Positions 9,646-19,030 of a stretch of 64,000 nucleotides of DNA are shown here, in pieces. The stretch is taken from contig JAWACY010000002.1 in the NCBI GenBank assembly GCA_038896535.1, positions 64,001 to 128,000 on the forward strand, given 5' to 3'. The DNA comes from Candidatus Anstonellales archaeon. GTDB taxonomy: Archaea > Micrarchaeota > Micrarchaeia > Anstonellales > J096. The notes under the pieces were generated by a model. The model did no database searches. It was not told the DNA's origin and saw only the letters and a list, made by a program, of their open reading frames with translations. Numbering within the stretch: the stretch's first letter is position 1; every line of letters begins with the position of its first letter. Made by a program: the position numbers and the translations under genes.

Positions 9646-10137
9646 ATGAAAATAACAACAAAAAGAGGAGATAATGGAAAAACTGAACTTGCTGGAAAAA
9701 TATTGAATAAACAAGATAAAGAAATAAAGGCTTTGGGCCTTATTGATGAACTGTTAACGCAACTTGCACTGGCAAAGTATGAAACGCAATTTAAAGAGCT
9801 TGATAAATTGATTGATTTTTGCTATCATGCTATGGCTTATATAAATGGGGCTGATGTAGAAATAAGAAAATGGCAGGAATTCTTTGATGACATATGCGAA
9901 AAAGGCATAAGTGATAATATAAATTTATTTGTAAAACCAAATGGCAGATCATGCTATATACATGTTGCAAGAGCAAAAGCAAGGCAAGCAGAAATAGCAG
10001 TAATAGAAGCTTTCGGCGTTTGCGAGCTTTCAAAGGCATTTAACAGACTTTCAGATGTTTTATTTATATTTGCTTATGAATACCAAAAGGCAGAGGGCGC
10101 ATTAGATTTCTTTCAAAATGACCCAAAAAAGATTTAA
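9646..10137 (+). CDS. ATP:cob(I)alamin adenosyltransferase, PduO type
   Basis: KITTKRGDNGKT, GLIDEL, HVARAKARQAE, NRLSDVLFIFA. Confidence 0.88.
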   Translation: MKITTKRGDNGKTELAGKILNKQDKEIKALGLIDELLTQLALAKYETQFKELDKLIDFCYHAMAYINGADVEIRKWQEFFDDICEKGISDNINLFVKPNGRSCYIHVARAKARQAEIAVIEAFGVCELSKAFNRLSDVLFIFAYEYQKAEGALDFFQNDPKKI

Positions 10138-10170
10138 AAAGAAAAATGCTAAATCATTATGGCGATATAA

Positions 10171-11016
10171 ATGGGCGGGAAAATAAAAAATGCACATCCA
10201 AGAATTTGGCATTCAAAAAATTTGCATTTAATCTTTTTAATCTTATTTATTTTATTCATCCCATTATCATTTTCAGCTATAAATGTAACAAATGTGTTAA
10301 CAGAAATAACATTGAATAAAGATGGCACTGCTACAGTGCAGGAGAAAATAAGCATATTCATAAGCAATGAACTTGACATAGTTGATTACAATAAAGCAGC
10401 TGAAAAAAATAATATACAGGCATGGCAGCAACTTCTTAATAATGATGAAGTAAGGCTTCATGTTGACTTATCAAAAGTACAGCTGATTGGCGATATTAAG
10501 ATAAGCCCACAACCAATAAAGAGCACAATACAAGGATTCTCAGGAGTTATAATAATAAATTACAGGGTCTCTGGCTTGTTTGAAGAAAAAGTAATAAAGC
10601 CCAGGGTAATGTCATATAAGCTTAATAGCAATGCATTATCATTCAAAAAAACAGATGCAGGAAATTTAATATTAAAAAATAATGTTTTATTGCAAATAAA
10701 TCTGCCAGATAATGTTTATGTATCTGATATAAATCCGCTTCCTTCAAACATAAAAAGTGAATCAGATTTAATAAATGCGAAATCATTTTATTGGAGAGAT
10801 ATCATAATGGTTGACCCAAAACTTGAGGTTATATTAGAACAGCCAATAAGTGAGGAGATAAATGCATTTTTTGAATCTCTTGTTTCATATATTTTCTCTC
10901 TTACTGCGAAGCAAGAAACACTTATCTATGTCGCTTTAATAATTGTGCTTGTTTTTCTCTACATTTACATAATATCAAACATAAAGGGATGGAAATATGG
11001 AATTAGCAAGAAATGA
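10171..11016 (+). CDS. Exported protein with C-terminal membrane anchor
   Basis: Signal peptide, beta-rich body and C-terminal TM helix. Overlaps the pheS start. Confidence 0.7.
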   Translation: MGGKIKNAHPRIWHSKNLHLIFLILFILFIPLSFSAINVTNVLTEITLNKDGTATVQEKISIFISNELDIVDYNKAAEKNNIQAWQQLLNNDEVRLHVDLSKVQLIGDIKISPQPIKSTIQGFSGVIIINYRVSGLFEEKVIKPRVMSYKLNSNALSFKKTDAGNLILKNNVLLQINLPDNVYVSDINPLPSNIKSESDLINAKSFYWRDIIMVDPKLEVILEQPISEEINAFFESLVSYIFSLTAKQETLIYVALIIVLVFLYIYIISNIKGWKYGISKK

Positions 11017-12394
11017 AATATTAATATTAAAAGCTTTGAAGAACATAAGAGAAAGCAGTGATTTAGAGCTGGCAAAAATTACTGGCTTAAACATGGATGG
11101 CGTTAGGAGGGGGTTATATTTCTTAAGTGAAAAGGGCCTTGTTAGGATATTTGAAGAGAAAAAAATAAGCTATAAAATAACTGAAATGGGCATTGATGCA
11201 ATAAAAAATGGCATGCCAGAAGAGAAAATAACAAAATACAAATATCTAAAAGAACTGCCAAAAGATTTATTCTTTATTCTTGGGCAGTTAAAACAAGCGG
11301 GATATTTGAAAGTAGAAAATGGAAAAATAGTAATATTGAAAAACATTGATGGATTAAAAATCATGAATTTCAAGAAGGCCATTGATAATGTTGATATCAT
11401 AAATAGTTTTGATAAAGAATTAATACAAGAGCTTCTCAGAAGGGGCTATTTAAAAGAAGAGAAATTGATAAGCATTAATGCATCAATAACAGAAAAGGGC
11501 ATTTTATATGAAATAGATGAAACATTTGCAGGAAAATTAACAAGAAAAATGCTTGAAAATAATGAATGGAAAAATCTAACTTTTAGACATTATGTAATAA
11601 AAGAGAATGAAGTAGAAGAAGAAAAATGTAGCAATGAACATCCTTTGAATATTGCAATAAATAACATAAGGCAGATATTTTTGAGCATGGGATTTAAGGA
11701 AATGACTGGCAATTATGTTGAAACCTCATTTTGGAATTTTGATGCTTTATACCAACCCCAGGACCATCCATCAAGAGAACTTGCAGACACATTTTTTTTG
11801 CCTTTTAACAGCAATGAAAAGATCCCTGATGAAATATTAGAGAAAGCCAAAGTAGAGCATGAAGCAGGATGGAAGCAAAAATGGAAAATAGAAGAAGCAA
11901 AAAAAGCAATTTTAAGAACACACACAACAGTTTTATCTGCTAGAACATTGGCAAAATACAAAAGAGGAAAGTTCTTTGCAATAGGCAGGGTTTTTAGAAA
12001 TGAGGCAGTTGATTACAAACATCTTGCTGAATTTCATCAAGTGGAAGGCATAGTAGCTGACGAGAATGTTAACTTTAGACATTTACTTGGCATATTAAAA
12101 GAGTTTTTTACAAAACTTGGATTCCCCAAGATAAGGTTTAGGCCATCATTCTTTCCATACACAGAGCCGAGCTTAGAAATAGAGGTTTATTTTGATAAGA
12201 AAAATGATTGGATAGAAATAGGTGGAGCAGGCATTTTCAGGCGGGAAGTTTCTAGAATATTGAATTGCACATATCCAGTTTTAGCATTTGGCCTAAGCTT
12301 AGAAAGGCCATTAATGATGCTGGCTGGACTTGATGATATAAGAGAGTTCTACAATAACGATTTTTCAATATATGACATTAAATATGAGTTTTGA
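10997..12394 (+). CDS. pheS: Phenylalanine--tRNA ligase alpha subunit (archaeal type)
   Basis: FWNFDALYQPQDHPSRELADTF, LRTHTT, FRNEAVDYKHLAEFHQVEG, FPYTEPS, plus N-terminal wHTH extension. Confidence 0.97.
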   Translation: MELARNEILILKALKNIRESSDLELAKITGLNMDGVRRGLYFLSEKGLVRIFEEKKISYKITEMGIDAIKNGMPEEKITKYKYLKELPKDLFFILGQLKQAGYLKVENGKIVILKNIDGLKIMNFKKAIDNVDIINSFDKELIQELLRRGYLKEEKLISINASITEKGILYEIDETFAGKLTRKMLENNEWKNLTFRHYVIKENEVEEEKCSNEHPLNIAINNIRQIFLSMGFKEMTGNYVETSFWNFDALYQPQDHPSRELADTFFLPFNSNEKIPDEILEKAKVEHEAGWKQKWKIEEAKKAILRTHTTVLSARTLAKYKRGKFFAIGRVFRNEAVDYKHLAEFHQVEGIVADENVNFRHLLGILKEFFTKLGFPKIRFRPSFFPYTEPSLEIEVYFDKKNDWIEIGGAGIFRREVSRILNCTYPVLAFGLSLERPLMMLAGLDDIREFYNNDFSIYDIKYEF

Positions 12395-12448
12395 TGAATG
12401 TATTGATAAATATGGGTTTTGAATATTTTATGGGTTTTGACTGATAAA

Positions 12449-13237
12449 ATGGCAGAAAATGAAAAAAAACATTTTCCATACGAGATAATAGGGGATATAG
12501 CAATAATAGAAATAGATAAAAAACATGGGGAAAAAATAGGCAAGCAAGCATTGGAATTTGCAAACCAATTATTAACAATGCCCTATATAAAAAGCGTGTT
12601 TATTAAATCAAGTGCTGTTTCTGGCAGTTTTAGAACAAGAAAATTAATATTTCTAGTAGGCATAAACAAAAGCGAAACAATTCATAAAGAGCATGGCATT
12701 AAACTTATGCTTGATATAAATAAAGTTTATTTTTCTCCGAGGCTTTCAGAAGAAAGAAAAAGGATAGCAATGCAAGTAAAAAATAATGAGAATATTGCAG
12801 TATTATTTGGTGGCATAGCTCCATATGCGCTTGTTATATGGAAGTATAATAAAGATAAAAATATTAACATAATGACAATGGAGCTAAATAGAGATGCTTG
12901 TTATTATGCCAAAAAAAACATAGAGATTAATAAAGCGCAAGATAAAATAAAAGCAATATGCGATGACGTTAAAAATATATATGAATACAAAAATTATGAA
13001 TCTTGGGCTGATAGAATAATAGCACCACTGCCAAAAGATGTTATAAGCTTCTTTGATGAGATAAAATATGTTGCAAAAGACCATGCTATTTGCCATATTT
13101 ATGTTTTTGCAAAAGATGAAAAAGAGGCAATAGAAAAAACAAAGGCGCTTGGAAATATAATATTTGCAAAACAATGCGGAAGCTATAGCAAAGATATATC
13201 AAGATTTGTCGTTGATATCGAAATAAAAAAATCTTAA
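12449..13237 (+). CDS. trm5: tRNA (guanine37-N1)-methyltransferase Trm5 family
   Basis: YEIIGDIAII, TIHKEHG, KVYFSPRLSEERKRI and SAM-binding LFGGIAPY (Met-10+/Trm5 family). Confidence 0.85.
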   Translation: MAENEKKHFPYEIIGDIAIIEIDKKHGEKIGKQALEFANQLLTMPYIKSVFIKSSAVSGSFRTRKLIFLVGINKSETIHKEHGIKLMLDINKVYFSPRLSEERKRIAMQVKNNENIAVLFGGIAPYALVIWKYNKDKNINIMTMELNRDACYYAKKNIEINKAQDKIKAICDDVKNIYEYKNYESWADRIIAPLPKDVISFFDEIKYVAKDHAICHIYVFAKDEKEAIEKTKALGNIIFAKQCGSYSKDISRFVVDIEIKKS

Positions 13238-13541
13238 CTATTGCTCAACTATTAATTTCACGCTTTTTCATGCTTTTTATGGGCTTAATTTATCTCTCTA
13301 TTTATTTATCTTCTCATTAAAACTTAAATCACAAGTTAAACCCAAGGCAAAAATTCCTGCCATCTACATTTCTAGCATATGCTATTCTTTTTTACAGCTT
13401 TACTCTTCCTTCTTTCCTTCTATCCCGGCAGAGCATCTGCAAATTTTCTGTCCTGCTTATTCTTATGCCCTTACTTCTACCCTTCTATTTTGCCTCATAC
13501 TGCCAATGCTCTGCTCTGCTTTGCCTTTATCATTTTTAAGA

Positions 13542-14408
13542 TTAATTTAACGTCACAACCATTGAGACAGATGCTGTTATTTTCACTTTCTTTGTTTCTA
13601 TTTGTGTTTCTGCTGCTTGAGATAGATATGGGCCATATGGAGATTTTGCATAATAAATTGGTATTGGATAAGCCAAGCCAGATGAAACAGACATTTCTTT
13701 TATATTTACAACTTCCTTGTTTATTTCTTTTGCTACTAATTTAGCTTTATTTTCTGCATTACTTATTGCAATTTTTAATGCCTCTTCTTTCTTTTGCTCT
13801 TCCAAGTCATTTGTCAATTTGTAATTAATATAACTTATGCTTGTATTATCAAAACTTGCTATTGCATCTATTACTTTTCCTGCTAAAGTTATATTATTCA
13901 CCATAACGCTTAAAGTATGCGTTGTCATATACCCTTTAAATACTGTTTTTTGCTCATTATTTAGATATATGTATTCATAATAAGGATTTATTGTATATTG
14001 CTCCGTTTGTATTGATTTCTCATCTATACCTATGCTCTTTAACTTTTCTTTTATTGATGAATATATAAATGCATTTCTTTCTGCTGAATAGCTGGCATTT
14101 GTCTCAAGTGTTTGAATATAAAAACCAATAACAAGCAAGTCTGGATTTACTTCCAAAACAGCAGTTTCTGTAAAAGATAGCTTTGTTAACTTGCCATCGT
14201 TGTTTTGCTCTTGGCCATTTTCTTGATTGCTCATTGCCTGATTTTGCTGGCTATTAAAAGCACTTTGCTTATTTATATTTTCCACATTTTGGCTCGTTAA
14301 GTTTGTCTGCATATTAGAAGCTTTCGACTGCACTGTATAATAAGATAAAAATAATAATATAGCAAATAAAACAACAATAATAATGATATTGTTAAATTTT
14401 GAAAGCAT
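13542..14408 (-). CDS. SIMPL (DUF541) domain protein
   Basis: N-terminal TM, then VNPDLLVIG, IQTEQYTINPYY, ALKIAISNAENKAKLVA. Confidence 0.9.
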   Translation of the reverse strand: MLSKFNNIIIIVVLFAILLFLSYYTVQSKASNMQTNLTSQNVENINKQSAFNSQQNQAMSNQENGQEQNNDGKLTKLSFTETAVLEVNPDLLVIGFYIQTLETNASYSAERNAFIYSSIKEKLKSIGIDEKSIQTEQYTINPYYEYIYLNNEQKTVFKGYMTTHTLSVMVNNITLAGKVIDAIASFDNTSISYINYKLTNDLEEQKKEEALKIAISNAENKAKLVAKEINKEVVNIKEMSVSSGLAYPIPIYYAKSPYGPYLSQAAETQIETKKVKITASVSMVVTLN

Positions 14409-14548
14409 GTAATGATTAAAATGCTTTATTTTTTAAATATATGTTTTTTACTTGCTTTTTAACTTATTGCTTGTATAACAACAAATTATCTTGGTTTTGG
14501 GGCAGGGCTAGAAGCTGTTAAATTTGGTGAAGTTAATGAAGTTAAAAT

Positions 14549-15337
14549 TCATATTATTTTTACTTCTTTGATTGTTAAATTACTATTGATTATGAGCAAT
14601 GTACCAAAGTTTATTTCTTTCCAGTCTTCATCATCGGTTAATTTTTCTGAGCATAATAAAACTGCCTTTTCTCCATTCAAGGATTTGCTTGTAATCAACG
14701 CTTTTGTCTCTTTAGATACATATTGAGCTAGTTCTTTTGAAGATGGGTCCCTTTCTAGCTTGAACAGTGAATAATAATTTCTTGAAGTATTTGAATACCT
14801 AAAAGCATAAAGAGAGGCGCCATCTGATAATAGGAAATTTAGGCCAGTATAATTACTTTTTATAATGTTATTTACAGCTTCTTTAATTCCTAAAGCCACA
14901 TTTTTGTTTTTTTCGATGCATTGAAGTAACCAGTAAAAATAAACTTCTGAGTCAGTCTCTCCTTTTAATTTAATCTTATTGCCCCCATATTCAAGCGTTA
15001 AAGATTTTAATAAATACTCTCTGTCAACAGAACCATTATGGGCAAAAATCCAGTTTTTGCATTTGAACGGATGTGAATTTTCTTTTGCTGGCTTTGCTCC
15101 AGTTCCCCTTCTTACATGCGCTATTATTATTTTTGATGTAACATGCTTAGAATAATTAGAGAATTTGCCATTTTTTGATGCTGAGTAGCAGTTTTTTTCA
15201 ATTTTTGCTTCCCCATCTTTATACCAACCGATTCCCCAACCATCAGGATTCTGAGCTGCGAATTTTTCTTTGAATACCCCTAATGAAAATTCGAGATCTA
15301 CAGGTTTATTGGCAATTATTCCAAGTAACCTACACAT
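14549..15337 (-). CDS. Class II glutamine amidotransferase (YafJ/EgtC-like)
   Basis: MCRLLG N-terminal nucleophile start at 15337, NPDGWGIGWY, AHVRRGT, NSHPF, FAHNG, GETDSE. Confidence 0.92.
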   Translation of the reverse strand: MCRLLGIIANKPVDLEFSLGVFKEKFAAQNPDGWGIGWYKDGEAKIEKNCYSASKNGKFSNYSKHVTSKIIIAHVRRGTGAKPAKENSHPFKCKNWIFAHNGSVDREYLLKSLTLEYGGNKIKLKGETDSEVYFYWLLQCIEKNKNVALGIKEAVNNIIKSNYTGLNFLLSDGASLYAFRYSNTSRNYYSLFKLERDPSSKELAQYVSKETKALITSKSLNGEKAVLLCSEKLTDDEDWKEINFGTLLIINSNLTIKEVKII

Positions 15338-15410
15338 TTTTCCTAGCCTTTCTAACTCTTTAAACACTATTTTAATATACCTTTTTTAAATATATCTACA
15401 TTAGAGTTTT

Positions 15411-16859
15411 ATGCAAAATAAATGTTATATAACGACCCCTATATATTATCCAAATGCTGAACCACATTTAGGCAGTGCTTATACAACGATTGTTGCTGAT
15501 TTTCTTGCTAGATTTTACAGAGATGTTGGTTATAAAACATTTTTCTTAACTGGCCTTGATGAGCACGGGGAAAAAATAGAAAAGACAGCAAAAGATAAAG
15601 GCATTGAGCCAAAAGCTTTTGTTGATGAGATGGCAGCATTATTTAAAAAAGCATGGGAAAGGCTTGGCATAGAATATGACTATTTTATAAGGACAACTGA
15701 TGAGAAACATAAAAAAGGTGTGCAGGCATTCTTGGAAAAAGTAATGGAAAATGGGGACATATATTTAGGAACTTATGAAGGGTATTATTGCGTTGGATGT
15801 GAAAGGTATTATACTGAAAAAGAACTTCTTGAAGGCCTTTTATGCCCCTTGCATTTGAAAAAAGTCGAGGAAAAAAGGATAGAGTCATATTTTTTTAGGC
15901 TATCAAAATACAAAGAAATGTTGCTTGATTTTTATGATAAAAATAAGAACTTCATTCCAGATTATTACATTGACCAAATAAAGAACAACTTAAAGGAACT
16001 GAAGGATTTAAGCATATCAAGGCCAAAATCGCAAGTTAGCTGGGGTATTGAGCTACCATTTGATAAAGAGCATGTTGCTTATGTTTGGTTTGATGCATTG
16101 CTTAATTACTATACCGCTTGCCCGAAAGATATGTGGCCGCCTGATATGCAGATAATTGGAAAAGACATTCTTTGGTTTCATGCAGTCATATGGCCAGCAA
16201 TGCTAATGGCAGTAAAAGAAAAGTTGCCTTCAAGAATATTAGCACATGGTTTCTTAACAGTAGATGGAAGGAAGATGAGCAAAAGCCTTGGCAATGTCAT
16301 AAACCCAATTGAGATGGCAGAAAAATATGGAAATGATGCATTGAGATATTATTTAATAACAAAAATAGCTTTTGGTGTTGATGGTGATTTTTCAATCAAT
16401 GCATTTAAGTATGCTTACAATAATGAACTAATAGGCCATTATGGGAATCTTGCAAATAGGCTTGCTGCTCTTTCAAACAGCATTGGCTATGAAAAAGCAC
16501 TCTACCATGATAATGAAAAAATAAAAGAAGCAATAGAGGTATTGCATAACAGTGCAAGATTATATAATGCTGAATCAATAATAAAATGCTATACTGATAA
16601 AATATGGCCCATAATATCTGATATCAATGCATTTCTTAACAAAGAAGAGCCATGGAAAAAAAAGAACAATAGCAAAAATGTTATCGGGCAATGTCTGAAT
16701 GCATTTTTCAATGTCTCTGTTTTATTAAGGCCTTTATTACCAAATGCAACAAGCAATATATTAAACAATAATATAAAAATAAGGGATATAAGGGAAGATA
16801 TCTCAATGCAATGGAATCCAGTAAAAAAGCAGTATGTTGTTTATAAAAAAGTTGATTGA
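15411..16859 (+). CDS. metG: Methionine--tRNA ligase (short, single-knuckle type)
   Basis: YITTPIYYPNAEPHLG, GLDEHG, YVWFDALLNY, IGKDILWFH, KMSKS. Confidence 0.97.
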   Translation: MQNKCYITTPIYYPNAEPHLGSAYTTIVADFLARFYRDVGYKTFFLTGLDEHGEKIEKTAKDKGIEPKAFVDEMAALFKKAWERLGIEYDYFIRTTDEKHKKGVQAFLEKVMENGDIYLGTYEGYYCVGCERYYTEKELLEGLLCPLHLKKVEEKRIESYFFRLSKYKEMLLDFYDKNKNFIPDYYIDQIKNNLKELKDLSISRPKSQVSWGIELPFDKEHVAYVWFDALLNYYTACPKDMWPPDMQIIGKDILWFHAVIWPAMLMAVKEKLPSRILAHGFLTVDGRKMSKSLGNVINPIEMAEKYGNDALRYYLITKIAFGVDGDFSINAFKYAYNNELIGHYGNLANRLAALSNSIGYEKALYHDNEKIKEAIEVLHNSARLYNAESIIKCYTDKIWPIISDINAFLNKEEPWKKKNNSKNVIGQCLNAFFNVSVLLRPLLPNATSNILNNNIKIRDIREDISMQWNPVKKQYVVYKKVD

Positions 16860-16871
16860 AGGCAAGAGAGC

Positions 16872-17432
16872 ATGATAGTAATAGAAGGTATTGATGGAGC
16901 AGGCAAAACAACGCTTGCGCATTACTTAAAAGATAAGTACAAGTTGCCTTTATTTGCTTTTCCTGATTATAAAAATTTTGATATAATAAAGAAGTTTCTG
17001 CATGGGGAAATAAAAATGAATGAAAAAGCGGCTTATCTGCTTTTTTTAGCAAACATAACAGCAAAGCAGGAGGAAATAGAAATGGCTAAAAAATGCATAA
17101 TTGACAGATATGTTTTTTCAACAATTTCTTATGCACATAGTGTTAATTTAAATATTGCAATGAATGTTGTTAAGCATTTAAAATTAAAAATGCCGAAAAT
17201 TGTTATATATCTTGATATAAATCCTAGGGTAGCATTAAAAAGGAAAATGCAACAACTCAGTAATAAAGGTTTAAGCATAAGAGAAAATATTAAAGTTCTT
17301 GAAATCGTGAAAAAAAGATACCTTTATATGGCATCAAAAAACTTCTTAACAAAATGGTATATAATAAATGCAGAAAATGATGTAGAGGAAATAAAAAAGG
17401 AAATAACAGGCATAGTTGATAAATACATATAA
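16872..17432 (+). CDS. tmk: Thymidylate kinase
   Basis: IEGIDGAGKTT P-loop and DRYVFSTISY. Confidence 0.92.
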   Translation: MIVIEGIDGAGKTTLAHYLKDKYKLPLFAFPDYKNFDIIKKFLHGEIKMNEKAAYLLFLANITAKQEEIEMAKKCIIDRYVFSTISYAHSVNLNIAMNVVKHLKLKMPKIVIYLDINPRVALKRKMQQLSNKGLSIRENIKVLEIVKKRYLYMASKNFLTKWYIINAENDVEEIKKEITGIVDKYI

Positions 17433-17447
17433 TTTTAGGTGTTTTTA

Positions 17448-18944
17448 ATGTCCAATATGATTGGTAATATAGCCCTAAGACCATACCAAAAAGAAATAAT
17501 AGATAGTATAATAAAAAATGGCAATACGCTTGTTATATTACCAACAGGCACAGGAAAAACGCTCATTGCTTTTTATGTTGCCTTAGAATTTATGCCATGC
17601 ATAATGCTTGCCCCAACAAAGCCATTAACAGAGCAGCATTACAGGAATTTTATGAATTTCATAAAAGATAAAAAAAACATAAGGGCATGCATTATTACAG
17701 GTGAAATAAAAAGAGAAAAAAGAAAAGAACTTTATGCATATGATGTAATATTTGCAACCCCACAAACACTGAGTAATGATTTAGATTTAGTAGATAAAAA
17801 TCTTATAAAGCTCATCATTTTTGACGAATGCCATAGGGCAATAGGTAATTATGCTTATGTAAAAATAGCAAACTACTTTAATCAAAGCCTTATAATAGGT
17901 TTGACTGCTTCTCCAGGGAGCGATAAAGAAAGGATATATGACATAATAAAAAATTTGAGGATAGAAAATATAGAGATAAGAACTGAAAGTCAGCTTAAAG
18001 AATTTCTGGCAAGTAAAGATTATGAAAAGGTTTTTGTTGAATTGCCAGAAGAGATGAAAGATATAATTAAAGTGCTAAAAAACATGGCTCAAACGCTAAA
18101 AAATAAGCTTAACGAACTTGGTATATATGTGCCTAATAAGAAAAGTGAATTTCTGGCTATTGGCAATAAGATAATGTCTTCTGATTCAAAATATAAATTT
18201 GCAGCAATGCCGTTCTATATAAGCTTATTGCATGTTATGCACATGCTTGAATTGATAGAAACTCAGGGCGTTAATGCATTCCTTTCTTATGCAAATAATT
18301 TAAAAGAAGAAAAAAAATTCAGCATAAGAAAGCTTGTGACTGATGAATCTTTTATATATGTATTAAAAAAAGGTCATGAAGCAATAAGCAGAGGCATAGA
18401 CCATCCAAAAATGCTGGCTTTGTTAAATTTGTTAAAAAATTTTGATAAAAAGAAAGTGATTGTTTTTGTGCAATATACAGAACAAATAAATAAGATAGTA
18501 AAATTTCTACAAGAGCATGGCATAAATGCAAAAGCATTCATGGGCAAAAAGCACGGATTTAACAAAGACAAACAAAAGGAAGTTATGGAGCAATTCAGAG
18601 AAGGCCTATTTGATGTTCTTGTTTCATCAAGTATAGGGGAAGAGGGCATAGACATACCAGAAGTAAATGCAGTCATATTTTATGAAGCCGTGCCAAGTGC
18701 TATAAGGAGCATTCAAAGAAAAGGCAGAACTGGAAGGGTAAATGCGGGGCATATAATATTTTTAATAGCAAAGGGCACTAGAGATGAAAGCTATTTTTAT
18801 GCTGCTTCTGCAAAAGAAAGAAAGATGCTCGCAATAATAAATGAAATAAAAGATATGCTAGCAAAAAAAAGAACAACAAAAAAAGAAAATAAGAGAATAA
18901 ACGGCAGTGGAAAAACCCAAAGAACAATATCAGAATGGTTTTAA
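17448..18944 (+). CDS. Hef/FANCM/Mph1-like SF2 helicase without ERCC4 nuclease domain
   Basis: LPTGTGKT, DECHRA, LTASPG, HPK, EEGIDIP, QRKGRTGR. C-terminal PIP-like QRTISEWF. Confidence 0.9.
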   Translation: MSNMIGNIALRPYQKEIIDSIIKNGNTLVILPTGTGKTLIAFYVALEFMPCIMLAPTKPLTEQHYRNFMNFIKDKKNIRACIITGEIKREKRKELYAYDVIFATPQTLSNDLDLVDKNLIKLIIFDECHRAIGNYAYVKIANYFNQSLIIGLTASPGSDKERIYDIIKNLRIENIEIRTESQLKEFLASKDYEKVFVELPEEMKDIIKVLKNMAQTLKNKLNELGIYVPNKKSEFLAIGNKIMSSDSKYKFAAMPFYISLLHVMHMLELIETQGVNAFLSYANNLKEEKKFSIRKLVTDESFIYVLKKGHEAISRGIDHPKMLALLNLLKNFDKKKVIVFVQYTEQINKIVKFLQEHGINAKAFMGKKHGFNKDKQKEVMEQFREGLFDVLVSSSIGEEGIDIPEVNAVIFYEAVPSAIRSIQRKGRTGRVNAGHIIFLIAKGTRDESYFYAASAKERKMLAIINEIKDMLAKKRTTKKENKRINGSGKTQRTISEWF

Positions 18945-19030
18945 ATGCCTGCCTTAAAGCAAGTAAAGAAAGCAAGTAAAGCAAGTTTTTAGTAAGTTTT
19001 TTAAAGAGAAAGGATAATATAATATAAATA

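Noticed and set aside
9646..10137. Cobalamin biosynthesis pathway
   Set aside because: Only a lone PduO-type adenosyltransferase is present, which fits salvage for a B12 enzyme rather than synthesis.
13379..13744. 121-aa plus-strand ORF
   Set aside because: Overlaps the SIMPL gene antisense, and its Leu/Phe-rich composition simply reflects the pyrimidine-rich strand.
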